Of a DNA stretch of 64,000 nt, positions 38,957 through 47,495 are shown one piece after another. The stretch's first letter is position 1, and every line of letters starts with the position of its first letter. The DNA is from Alphaproteobacteria bacterium (GTDB lineage: Bacteria; Pseudomonadota; Alphaproteobacteria; Rhizobiales; JAKIUO01). The DNA is taken from the NCBI GenBank assembly GCA_024279115.1, contig JAJRRW010000068.1:22860-86859 (forward strand), in the 5' to 3' direction. The translations under genes were made by a program, and so were the position numbers. The notes under the pieces are model-generated. The model was not told the DNA's origin, made no database searches, and worked only from the letters and a program-made list of their open reading frames with translations.

Positions 38957-39086
38957 AACTGTCCAAAGCGTGGGTGGGGCCTCTGTTCGAAAACATCGCT
39001 TCCCGGGCTTGACCCGGGATCCAGGGCAAGGAACAAAAATTTCACACGAAAACAGATCCTTGTTCTGGGCCCCGGATCTGCGCTAG
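38957..39086. repeat. Repeat module A, copy 1
   Basis: gcttcccgggcttgacccgggatccaggg...ttctgggccccggatctgcgctag. Closely similar to 41327-41456. Confidence 0.75.
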
Positions 39087-39125
39087 GGTCTTTCCGTTTT
39101 AGGTTGACAAAATGAAAACCCCTAG
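39083..39125. repeat. Repeat module C (43 bp, CTAG to CTAG)
   Basis: ctagggtctttccgttttaggttgacaaaatgaaaacccctag. Near-identical copy at 25077-25119. The ends ctaggg/cccctag are inverted. Confidence 0.75.
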
Positions 39126-39287
39126 AGCGGTTTGCATTCACTCCCGGCCAGAAACAGCTGAACAGTTTTGCTTCGGTTTCAAGTTAAGAAATGCAGGATA
39201 TATCTGGATATTTTCAAATTTCTTGACGCCGAAAACGGCGCAAAAATATCGGCTGGAATGATTGCGGGTGAACGCAAACTGCTCTAG
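39122..39287. mobile_element. 166-bp MITE (module E) with 20-bp terminal inverted repeats, inserted at a CTAG
   Basis: Left end ctagagcggtttgcattcac. The right end gtgaacgcaaactgctctag reverse-complements to ctagagcagtttgcgttcac, an 18/20 match. It separates modules C and D, which are directly adjacent at 25116-25119. Confidence 0.75.
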
Positions 39288-39350
39288 CTCTTTGTTTTAT
39301 CGTGCTTCTTATCGGAAAACCGGCACCCACTTTTCTCGGAAGCACTCTAG
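39284..39350. repeat. Repeat module D (CTAG to CTAG)
   Basis: ctagctctttgttttatcgtgcttcttatcggaaaaccggcacccacttttctcggaagcactctag. Copies at 25116-25182 and 6639-6757. Confidence 0.8.
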
Positions 39351-39488
39351 CGCTTGTCCGGGGAGCTGTTGATTTTATCTCACGGCGAATCCGTGCCAGC
39401 GCGGGCCTGCGATGGGGCGGCCTGTTCGGCGCTCGCCCGGTCGAGCTCTGATGGAGCCATGTTCGAGGTTTTTTCTTCGAAACGCACC
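39347..39488. repeat. Repeat module B, copy 1
   Basis: ctagcgcttgtccggggagc...gcctgcgatggggcggcctgttcggcgctcgcccggtcgagctctg. Similar to 41453-41629. Confidence 0.7.
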
Positions 39489-39716
39489 GTTTTTGCTGCG
39501 TAAGTTGCAGCCTCGTCCATTTGCCTGTGCGTCACCGCCATATGCGCTAAGAGCGCAAGCGCTCGACCACAATAAGCGTCTGGTGTTTTTATGTAGCTTT
39601 GGAGAGCGCTCCGCCATGGCAGTGCGAGCCGCCCAGGATCTGGGCCTATCAACCGCCTGCCATATCGCCGGCAGCATCAATAATTGGAAACCCGCTGATC
39701 GGCCAACGGGCTGAAG
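39485..39716. pseudogene. Chimeric remnant: TPR-gene fragment (minus sense) fused to a duplicate of the last ~55 codons of the PDO-rhodanese gene (plus sense)
   Basis: 39485-39562 is about 85% identical by eye to 40905-40982 inside the TPR gene. 39546-39716 matches 38422-38592 with about 7 mismatches. The join falls in the shared gctaagagcgcaagcg. Confidence 0.8.
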
Positions 39717-39753
39717 AGAGGGGACTAAGTTTTCTATTAAGTACAATTAGTAA

Positions 39754-39960
39754 ACTGTCACCGTAATTCCAAGATCGACAGGTAATGCGGATTCAAGAAA
39801 TAGACAGGGGCAGGAAATCTTAGAGGGCATTTTGGCAAGTAGCAATCGGAGTACGAGAACTCGACCTACTTTTTACGATATCTTTGACAATAATACGGGT
39901 CGTGGAGTAAGATTCGACTCAGGCAACAGAATGGTTGGTTTTTTGGATGCGTCGAGATGA
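39754..39960 (+). pseudogene. Start-less 68-codon open frame, possibly an orphan C-terminal fragment of a larger (toxin-like?) gene
   Basis: The frame is open from just after TAG-TAA (39748-39753) to TGA at 39958-39960. That stop overlaps the next ORF's ATG (ATGA). There is no start codon apart from an internal ATG 9 codons before the stop, and the DNA is low-GC. The function is speculative. Confidence 0.2.
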
Positions 39961-40208
39961 AAAAAGAAGATATATTAGTGCTGATATGTAGTGACTATCG
40001 TTATGAAGAAGTGATTGCGGAAATCAATATTGACGATAAATTTGTAGCCCAGCTTAACCAGGAAGCTGGTTTGGATAATTTGGTAATCGAGTTTCCTGCT
40101 GCGGATGATGATGAAGATGCGGTGCTAAGAAAGGTCGATCTTGCCGATTTTGAGAAGGGATTGGCATTGGCTAAAAAAAGAATTCGAAACGAGGAGGATG
40201 TTTCATAA
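39957..40208 (+). CDS. Small acidic hypothetical protein (immunity-protein-like size/composition)
   Basis: 83 aa, lower GC than its surroundings, with an ATGA overlap with the upstream open frame. No family recognised. Confidence 0.45.
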   Translation: MKKEDILVLICSDYRYEEVIAEINIDDKFVAQLNQEAGLDNLVIEFPAADDDEDAVLRKVDLADFEKGLALAKKRIRNEEDVS

Positions 40209-40347
40209 ACCCTACAATCTTTTCGGAACTACGCTTCAATTACGGGAATGGTATTGATGTCCCATTCGGCTTCGAAATGAGCCATATTGGAGTTACGGCA
40301 ACAGTTTACTAAATGCACTTAATTCGCCTCAATCACCCTTAACCAAC

Positions 40348-41193
40348 CTACACTCCCACGTGTTTCCCCAGCAAACCCGCCACAATCTTTGCCTCTTTCA
40401 TCTTGCCAACACTCGCATAAAACTTTTCTGCCTGCTGCCAGTTACTGCAGGCTTCCGACACATTGGCTAGTTTCGACCAGGCATTGCCCATATTGGCATA
40501 ATCTGCCGCAAGCTCGGCGCGATCATTTTTCGCTTCATTCAATTTGGCGCGCCTTGAAAAAATCTCGATGGCCTTTTGAAAGTCGCGCAATATAAAATGC
40601 AGCGAGCCAAGATAACCCAGCGTGTGAATGATTTCCTTTTGACGGTTATCCTTATCCCATGTGACCAATGACTTTTCAAACATAGCCTTGGCCTCACTGA
40701 ATTTCTTCTGGCGGCGCAGGATCAGCCCGAGATTGCCAGTGGCTTCAGCAGCACTGATCTCATCCCCCGCTTGCTCGAACCCGGTGACGGCCTTGCTGTA
40801 AAACTCTTCCGCCTTGGCAAAATCACCCTTCATGTGATGCAGCACCCCAAGATCCTCATAGGCCACCGCCTGCCATTTCACATTCGCACCGCTTGCGCGA
40901 AGCTGCACCGCCTTTGCTGCGTAAGTTTCACTCTCGTCCATTTGCCTGTGCATCATCGCCAGATGGGCTAACAGCGCCAGCGGCTTGATATTATCCTGAT
41001 CGACTTGCACCGCTTTGAGAAACGCATCTTTGGCCTTTTCGCCATTGCCTTGCAGGTACACCGCCGCAAGATTGATATAGGCCTGCGACCTTTGGGCGGG
41101 CGTCACCGCCTTCGATGCCACATAGGCATCGGCAACAGATTGAAAGACCGGGTTACGGTGACAGCTTACTAAATATACTAAACATTCGCCCAT
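40348..41193 (-). CDS. TPR-repeat protein (N-terminus possibly truncated/remodelled)
   Basis: Repeated A..Y..LG..y...g.y.kA TPR periodicity. The first ~15 codons are encoded by the 23-bp repeat at 41150-41172, so the N-terminus looks non-native. Confidence 0.65.
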   Translation of the reverse strand: MGECLVYLVSCHRNPVFQSVADAYVASKAVTPAQRSQAYINLAAVYLQGNGEKAKDAFLKAVQVDQDNIKPLALLAHLAMMHRQMDESETYAAKAVQLRASGANVKWQAVAYEDLGVLHHMKGDFAKAEEFYSKAVTGFEQAGDEISAAEATGNLGLILRRQKKFSEAKAMFEKSLVTWDKDNRQKEIIHTLGYLGSLHFILRDFQKAIEIFSRRAKLNEAKNDRAELAADYANMGNAWSKLANVSEACSNWQQAEKFYASVGKMKEAKIVAGLLGKHVGV

Positions 41194-41326
41194 TCCAAAT
41201 AGGCTGTCGCTTCCGCAACCAGCTCATCGCGGAATTTAGACGCCTACTCAATCACCAAATTCCTGGATCAACATCCCTCCAACATCTCATTTTGATCTTC
41301 GATCATGACTATACAAAGATCTGCCG

Positions 41327-41456
41327 AATTGTCCAAAACCTGGATGGTGTCTCAGTTTGAAAGCATTGCTTCCCGGGCTTGAACCGGGATCCAGGGAAAG
41401 TAACAAAATTTTCACACGAAAACAGATCGTTATTCTGGGCCCCGGATCTGCGCTAG
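41327..41456. repeat. Repeat module A, copy 2
   Basis: Homologous to 38957-39086. It ends in gcgctag, directly joined to module B. Confidence 0.75.
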
Positions 41457-41629
41457 CGCTTGTCCGGGGAGCCATTATTCAAGCTGGGGGCACCACCAAA
41501 GGCGGCGCCGTTTTTGCATATCTCACGGCTATTCTTCGCTGCGCAAAGGCCTGCGATGGCGCGGCCTGTTCGGCCGTCGCCCGGTCGGGCTCTGGTGGTG
41601 CGGTACTCAAAGAGTCGTAGTCGAAACAC
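41453..41629. repeat. Repeat module B, copy 2
   Basis: Homologous to 39347-39488 (ctagcgcttgtccggggagc...gcctgcgatgg..gcggcctgttcggc). Confidence 0.7.
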
Positions 41630-41693
41630 GCTCAATTAAACCCTCAACTCCCTTCTTGCTTTGCCGTGAGCGCCGCCGGTGATATGACGATTT

Positions 41694-42224
41694 ATGAGCA
41701 ACGAGCCACCAGACAATCTCGATGGAGGAACGAAACTACCATCCAGCAATCGGCTGGTGGAAGTGTTTTTCGACGAGAACAGTATTGCCCGCTGCACGCC
41801 CGATATCGAACATGAGCGCAATATCGCGATTTATGATCTGCTGGAGACCAATTTTTTTGAACTCATGAAAGAAGGAACGCGCGGCCCTTACAGCTTGCAG
41901 CTGGCACTGGAAGATAACCGGCTGGTGTTTCACATAGGTGATGAGAAACGCCAGCCCCTCAACTCTTTGATGCTCTCCCTATCCCCCTTCAAGCGCCTCG
42001 TTGGCGATTATTTTCTGCTGTGTGAAAGCTATTTCGAGGCTATTAAAACGGCGCCCCCCAGCCGTATTGAAGCCATCGATATGGGGCGACGCGGCCTGCA
42101 CAATGAGGGCGCACAACTGGTGCAGGATCGCTTGAGCGGCAAAATCAATGTGGATTTTGAAACGGCTCGACGATTATTTACGCTGATTTGCGCGCTGCAA
42201 TGGCCCGGGGGACCAGTGCGATGA
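41694..42224 (+). CDS. UPF0262 family protein
   Basis: PDIEHERNIAIYDLLETNFF and RLFTLICAL motifs typical of this alphaproteobacterial family. Confidence 0.8.
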   Translation: MSNEPPDNLDGGTKLPSSNRLVEVFFDENSIARCTPDIEHERNIAIYDLLETNFFELMKEGTRGPYSLQLALEDNRLVFHIGDEKRQPLNSLMLSLSPFKRLVGDYFLLCESYFEAIKTAPPSRIEAIDMGRRGLHNEGAQLVQDRLSGKINVDFETARRLFTLICALQWPGGPVR

Positions 42225-42688
42225 TCAATATGGACCCTGAGATTGCGCGCAATATCCCGGGTGCTGTGCTGTTTGCCTGCTCCATGAACTCTGTGCGCTC
42301 CCCCATGGCAGCGGGTATTTTGCGCCATCTGGCGGGGCGGCGGATTTATGTTGAAAGCGCCGGCGTTCGCACCGGCTCGCCCGACCCGTTTGTAACCATC
42401 GTCATGGATGAAATCGGCATTGACGTCTCCAGGCACAATCCCGTCGCCATCAGTGATCTTCATGACACCAATTTTGACCTGATCATCAGCCTGACGCCTG
42501 AAGCGCACCATCAGGCTCTGGAGCTGACCCGGACCCAGGCCGTTGATGTCGATTATTGGCCGACCCTTGATCCGACCTTTGTCACTGGCAATCGCGATCA
42601 GGTTCTGGATTCTTACCGGACCTGCCGCGATACCCTGTTCAAAAAAATAAAGGCCTTTTTCAATCTTGATCGAAGCGCAAATCTCTAG
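42221..42688 (+). CDS. Low-molecular-weight phosphotyrosine phosphatase / ArsC-like protein
   Basis: P-loop context LFACSMNSVRSPMAAG. The start at 42221 overlaps the upstream stop (ATGA). Confidence 0.8.
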   Translation: MINMDPEIARNIPGAVLFACSMNSVRSPMAAGILRHLAGRRIYVESAGVRTGSPDPFVTIVMDEIGIDVSRHNPVAISDLHDTNFDLIISLTPEAHHQALELTRTQAVDVDYWPTLDPTFVTGNRDQVLDSYRTCRDTLFKKIKAFFNLDRSANL

Positions 42689-42802
42689 AACCACGCCTCA
42701 AAACCCCAAAATCGAAAAATAGTTGCAGAAAACTGCAACAACAGCCTTGCATTTGTCGTCAATCACTCACATGCTTCGAAAAAATGATAGGAATAGAGTT
42801 AC

Positions 42803-43021
42803 ATGGCTAAAGAAGAATTGCTGGAGTTCGAGGGCATCGTCAACGAGCTGCTGCCCAACGCGACCTTTCGCGTCGAACTTGAAAACGGTCACGAGGTGAT
42901 AGCTCACACAGCTGGTCGCATGCGTAAAAACAGAATTCGCGTTCTGGCGGGAGATAAAGTGCTTGTCGAGATGACGCCTTACGATCTCTCCAAAGGACGC
43001 ATCACCTATCGTTTCAAATAG
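42803..43021 (+). CDS. infA: Translation initiation factor IF-1
   Basis: [53 protein letters not shown] is near-canonical IF-1. Confidence 0.95.
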   Translation: MAKEELLEFEGIVNELLPNATFRVELENGHEVIAHTAGRMRKNRIRVLAGDKVLVEMTPYDLSKGRITYRFK

Positions 43022-43072
43022 GTTTGAGCCCGGTTCTTGCTGATACCGCCTCTTGCATATGGATAAGCTGCT

Positions 43073-43771
43073 TTGGTTGAAAAGATCACCACAGATGTCT
43101 CGGCCCAGGTCCCAAGGGGCAAAAAGTCCGGTCAGGAAAAGCGCGGCCAGCTTGTGCTTGCCTCCGCTTCGCCGCGCCGCCTTGCCCTGCTCGAACAAAT
43201 AGGCGTGGTGCCCAATACATTGCGCCCCACCACCATTGACGAGACACCGGCCAAAGCCGAGATGCCGCGCACCCTTGTCAACAGGCTGGCGCTGGCCAAG
43301 GCGGAAGCTGCTCGCAATATTGTGCGCCAGGAGCCTGATCTGACCTCCGCCTATATTCTAGCTGCCGATACGGTGGTCGCGGTTGGCCGCAAAGTGTTGG
43401 CCAAACCTGAAACGGCCGAAGACGCCGCCGCTTCCCTTTATCAACTGTCAGCCCGCTCCCACCGTGTTTATACCACAGTGTGCCTCATCACCCCTGAAGA
43501 CAAGGTACGTTCGCGCCTCGTTGAAACAAAAGTCAAATTCATGCGCCTGACCAGAGAAGACATCAATGCCTATCTGGCCACCGGGGAGTGGCGTGACAAA
43601 GCCGGTGGATATGCCATTCAGGGGTTCGCTGCTGCCTTTATCACCGGCATCAAAGGCTCTTACACCAATGTTGTGGGACTGCCCCTGCGCGAGACCGTTA
43701 ATCTGTTGCGCGGTGAAAAATACCCGGTTTATTTCAACTGGCTGTCACGAGGTCATGTGGACGGCCAATAG
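43073..43771 (+). CDS. maf: Maf-like nucleoside triphosphate pyrophosphatase
   Basis: LVLASASPRR and GGYAIQG motifs. The exact start is uncertain (non-ATG in the track). Confidence 0.85.
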   Translation: MVEKITTDVSAQVPRGKKSGQEKRGQLVLASASPRRLALLEQIGVVPNTLRPTTIDETPAKAEMPRTLVNRLALAKAEAARNIVRQEPDLTSAYILAADTVVAVGRKVLAKPETAEDAAASLYQLSARSHRVYTTVCLITPEDKVRSRLVETKVKFMRLTREDINAYLATGEWRDKAGGYAIQGFAAAFITGIKGSYTNVVGLPLRETVNLLRGEKYPVYFNWLSRGHVDGQ

Positions 43772-43800
43772 AAAACCCTGGTCGATCGAGGAGGCGCGCT

Positions 43801-44013
43801 ATGCAAATTTCTAAAAATAAAAGCAAAAAAGCAAAAATCATTTCTTGCCCAATCTGTCAGAAGCCACTGGAACAAGCCTTTCGCCCGTTCTGCTCCAAAC
43901 GCTGCGCCGATATTGATCTGTCGCGCTGGCTGAACGGCCATTACGCCATCCCCGTCACCGAAGAAGATGGCAGCATCCCCCGCCCTTTTGGCAACGAAAA
44001 TCTAGAAGAATAA
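43801..44013 (+). CDS. yacG: DNA gyrase inhibitor YacG (zinc finger)
   Basis: CPICQKP..FCSKRCADIDLSRW. Confidence 0.85.
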   Translation: MQISKNKSKKAKIISCPICQKPLEQAFRPFCSKRCADIDLSRWLNGHYAIPVTEEDGSIPRPFGNENLEE

Positions 44014-44144
44014 GGCCTGCAAGTCATAAACGACCCGCGCCAGCAATACTTTCCCCTTGCCTCCCACGACATCAAGGCAATAGAACTGCCTATACCCCGT
44101 GCTCTCAATCAACCAGCCCTTCGCAGGTTTGTTCGAGCATAAAC

Positions 44145-44221
44145 GGTCCCGTAGCTCAGTTGGATAGAGCACCAGATTCCTAATCTGGGGGTCGCGTGTT
44201 CGAATCACGCCGGGATCACCA
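44145..44221 (+). tRNA. tRNA-Arg (anticodon CCT)
   Basis: Cloverleaf: acceptor GGTCCCG/CGGGATC, anticodon stem ccaga/tctgg with loop ttCCTaa, T-arm gcgtg-ttcgaat-cacgc, encoded CCA. Confidence 0.9.
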
Positions 44222-44512
44222 ATTAAAACAAAGAGCTAGACGCTTTGCAATAAGTCCTGAAAACTTAATAGCTAACCCATAGCTAACCTGGAACTATCTT
44301 GTGAGGAGTTGCCTAACGTTTGCTCGACACCTCTCATCTTATGATAAAGATCGAATATCCACATTGCGCAGAAAACAGAATTGGAGGATTGGAAGCCGCA
44401 CACTGAACTACAGCTCGGTATAGGGTTCCGCTTTCCTACCGAAAGCGGTCAAAGGCCGGCTTTCCGAGAAGTGCCAATAGCGGACTTCGTCGTTTCACCA
44501 CATTTCTGTTTT

Positions 44513-45811
44513 TTATTTGTCAGGTCTCTTTTGATTGACAAGAAGTTCCGCGAAGATAACAGCGGCGTAAAGCGCGAGGATGGATAGCAATGTTTCAGGC
44601 TCGTGCTGCCATAGATGGATGATCAGTAACAGTACCGTTGTGCACATCAGCGCCAAGCCGAGCCAGATGAGCCAAAGACTGGCTTTGGTCTGTCCCAGCA
44701 AACGCAGGTTGGCGACTGATACAAGAATGGAAACGACGAGGAAAGTCATGCTGGAAAAGGCGGCGATCACTTTGAGCCCGCCAAGAACAGCGAAGACAAT
44801 CCCGGCCCCGGTGAGAACGCCTACCGCCACAAAGGGTACGCCACGCTCACTGTTTTTTGCCATTATGGGCGGCATGACATGATCGGCTCCCATCGATGCC
44901 ATCATGCGCGAGGCACCAAAAACGGTGGCATTGATCGCCGAACTTGTGGCCATAAGGGCGGCAACGGCGACAAGTACCGCTCCCGCGTTACCAAGCACAG
45001 GTTTTGCCGCGGCCGCCAAGGCATATGCCTCCGCCTTGATAAGATCATCGAGCGGCAGATTACCGATGCCGACAATGGCCAGCAGGATATAGATGATTGA
45101 GGTGATGAGAATCGATAGATAGATGCCACGCGGAATATCACGGTCTGGATTTTTTGTTTCGCATACCGTATTGGTAATTAACTGAAAACCTTCAAAGGCA
45201 ACAAAAATAAGGGCACCTGCCATAAATACAGACGGCACCCCCTTGTCGAGGACGGGTGTCAGATAGTCTGGCCTGATGGTGGAAAAACCAGCAACAGCAA
45301 ACACTCCGAGCAGCAAAATCTTGGCATAGACAACAATATCCTCCGTTCGACCGCTGGCCTTTGTTCCCTGTAGATTGATGAGCAGAAAGAAAACTAGCAC
45401 TGCTACGGACAAGGTCATGCGCAGCAGAGGGTTGCCTGCCTGCCCGAGCAGATCGCCCCCATATGCACCAAAGGTAAATGCATAAAGCGCCAGCGTTCCC
45501 ACATAACCAAGGATCACTGTCCAGCCCGTGATACCGGCTATATGGGGCTGATCGGGAAAAGCATGAGCGAGATAAGTGTAGCTCGCTCCGTCAGAGCGGA
45601 AGGTCAGCGCCAGTTTGATGTAAGAATAGCCAGCGGCCAGCGCAATCAGCGAGCCAATGGCAAAGGCCAGCGGTGCTGCGCGTCCGGTGATGTCAACAGC
45701 CAGACCCAGCACCGAAAAAATACCGCCGCCGATCATCCCCCCGACGCCCATGGCGACAAGTTCGAGCAGGCCAAGGTCCTTTTGTGCCACTTTTTTTCCC
45801 ATCGCAGGCAA
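44513..45811 (-). CDS. APC-superfamily amino acid/polyamine permease
   Basis: 12-TM-like protein. N-terminal LVAMGVGGMIGGGIFSVLG motif. Confidence 0.85.
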   Translation of the reverse strand: MPAMGKKVAQKDLGLLELVAMGVGGMIGGGIFSVLGLAVDITGRAAPLAFAIGSLIALAAGYSYIKLALTFRSDGASYTYLAHAFPDQPHIAGITGWTVILGYVGTLALYAFTFGAYGGDLLGQAGNPLLRMTLSVAVLVFFLLINLQGTKASGRTEDIVVYAKILLLGVFAVAGFSTIRPDYLTPVLDKGVPSVFMAGALIFVAFEGFQLITNTVCETKNPDRDIPRGIYLSILITSIIYILLAIVGIGNLPLDDLIKAEAYALAAAAKPVLGNAGAVLVAVAALMATSSAINATVFGASRMMASMGADHVMPPIMAKNSERGVPFVAVGVLTGAGIVFAVLGGLKVIAAFSSMTFLVVSILVSVANLRLLGQTKASLWLIWLGLALMCTTVLLLIIHLWQHEPETLLSILALYAAVIFAELLVNQKRPDK

Positions 45812-45911
45812 GCCCTTTCAAATTCGTATTATTAAAAAAAGCGGGGCCGGATGAGTAAGGTCTAACAACTCATCCGGCCCTGTTTTGTTTTCTTGTTTTT
45901 GCGATGGCTAT

Positions 45912-47495
45912 CTATTCCGCGGGGACAGCCGCGCCTGGTACAGGCTGGGGAACGGTGACATCGCCGATGCGGCCACCTTGTTTTTTACCTGATGTTTCCA
46001 GATCGATCTCCAGATCTTCCGTGTTTTTGTGCAGCAGGCTACCGGTTGTTGCGCCGGTATTGCGAGCTCCAAGACGAACCAGGAAGATCAGCAAGCCAAC
46101 GAGGGCCAGCCACCACAGGCCGAGAATGATTTTCTGCCCGACAATCGAATTGGGAGAAATATATTCGTACCATTTATAGGTCTCGATCAGCAGCGTGCTT
46201 TTCAAGAACGCCTTGTGGGCATCGTAGAACAAGGTGAAGGGCAGATAGCCAAGGGCAAACCCCATGAAACCGACCCAGGTGTTGAGATAGCCCATGCCAA
46301 TCCGCATATAGGAGCGGATTTCACAGCCAATCAACATCACGGCCCCCGAGCCAAGCAACAATCCGCCAATCAGATTGCCAACGGTTGTTTGATATTTGAG
46401 CGCCCCGGAAAAAGCGGGACCGACATCAAACAAAGCCCAGACAAACACAATGAAACCAAGCATCACAACCCAGGAGGCAACAATACCGATCAGTGGCAGA
46501 TAGCCTCTCATCAGGGTGCGGGTGATGCGCGGCACGCCCATTTTGGCAAATTTACTGTCATTATTGGTCATGGGCTGGGCGACTTCCATGGCGACCAGCG
46601 AACATTCCGTACCAAAGCCACTTTTGGCCATACCAAAGCCACCGACAATCCCGGCCAGCAAGGTCGTAACGACATAGAACCAGCCCTTGGCATCAATGGA
46701 TTTACTGAACGAAACCAGTTCACCCTTTTTAAGATGTTGCAGGCTTTCGGGGTTGAACAAGCCGCCATAAACGGCAACCCCGAACATGGCGACCGAGAAT
46801 AACAGGGCGAGCCAGAAGATGGGCCGTCTGGTGCCATTATACCCGGCTTTATAGGTGGCTGCTTCGCCGCTATCATTGCCTTTGGCATAAGACAGCGTTT
46901 CTTGATGCTTGAAGAACGGCGCAATGCCCGTGCGGCTCATGACCCAAAAGGCACCGGCTCCGCCAATGGCCATCATGCCAGCTGTGACAAAGGAGTGGAT
47001 ATTGAGCAGGGGAATACCGCCGAGCAGATGGTTGAGTGTGCACCCCCCCGCCAGCCTTGTACCATAGCTGAACAACACGCCGCCCAGAAAGGAAACGAAC
47101 AGCACGCGGGCAGGATAATGGGCCCAGATGCGGCTTTCCTTTTCGGCGCGCGTGACCAGCCAGCCACCGATCATCATGCCGACAATCGGCCAGCCGACAC
47201 CGGGAATAAACGCCCCGCCGGTTGAGGCGATGCCGTCAATGGCTTTGCCATAGAGTTCAAAATCTGGCAGATTGAACAGATTATAAAAGGAGACCTCAAG
47301 CCCCCGGAACATCTTGCCAAGATCCGTTGTAACGGTGATGGGTTTGAGAGTTGGTGTTTTGCCGGCCTGTACTTTTGACACCCACAGGCCGATCATATAG
47401 ATCACCTGCGCGATACCAAAAGTGATACCGGCCCAAAAGAACGGCCATTGTTTGCTCATGGCCCTCCTCCATAAAGTTTCTTTCGCCTTTGACAT
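45912..47495 (-). CDS. YeeE/YedE-family sulfur-compound transport protein (long form)
   Basis: Polytopic. Motifs GTRLAGGCTLNH and IGCEIRSYMR are typical of sulfur-transport domains. The start at 47495 (MSKAKE) has ggagg 8 nt upstream. Confidence 0.85.
   Translation of the reverse strand: MSKAKETLWRRAMSKQWPFFWAGITFGIAQVIYMIGLWVSKVQAGKTPTLKPITVTTDLGKMFRGLEVSFYNLFNLPDFELYGKAIDGIASTGGAFIPGVGWPIVGMMIGGWLVTRAEKESRIWAHYPARVLFVSFLGGVLFSYGTRLAGGCTLNHLLGGIPLLNIHSFVTAGMMAIGGAGAFWVMSRTGIAPFFKHQETLSYAKGNDSGEAATYKAGYNGTRRPIFWLALLFSVAMFGVAVYGGLFNPESLQHLKKGELVSFSKSIDAKGWFYVVTTLLAGIVGGFGMAKSGFGTECSLVAMEVAQPMTNNDSKFAKMGVPRITRTLMRGYLPLIGIVASWVVMLGFIVFVWALFDVGPAFSGALKYQTTVGNLIGGLLLGSGAVMLIGCEIRSYMRIGMGYLNTWVGFMGFALGYLPFTLFYDAHKAFLKSTLLIETYKWYEYISPNSIVGQKIILGLWWLALVGLLIFLVRLGARNTGATTGSLLHKNTEDLEIDLETSGKKQGGRIGDVTVPQPVPGAAVPAE

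Noticed and set aside
39412-39714. 100-aa ORF ending in a rhodanese-like C-terminus
   Set aside because: Its 3' half is the duplicated pdo-rhd tail. Its 5' half is the antisense of a TPR fragment and of module B. It is a recombination by-product rather than a functional gene.
39747-41172. Integron gene cassettes / attC sites for the 24-bp repeat
   Set aside because: The repeat (GTTACGG...) does not fit the GTTRRRY core. There is no attC-like imperfect inner palindrome pair and no intI gene in the window.
42029-42694. 221-aa minus-strand ORF opposite the UPF0262 and LMW-PTP genes
   Set aside because: Both plus-strand genes carry family motifs and an ATGA coupling. The antisense frame is a shadow ORF.
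44002-44208. 68-aa minus-strand ORF
   Set aside because: It overlaps tRNA-Arg(CCT) on the opposite strand, so it is a spurious frame.
46029-46802. 257-aa plus-strand ORF inside the yeeE region
   Set aside because: It is antisense to a polytopic YeeE protein with conserved Cys motifs. Its translation is Gln/His/Gly-rich with no features.
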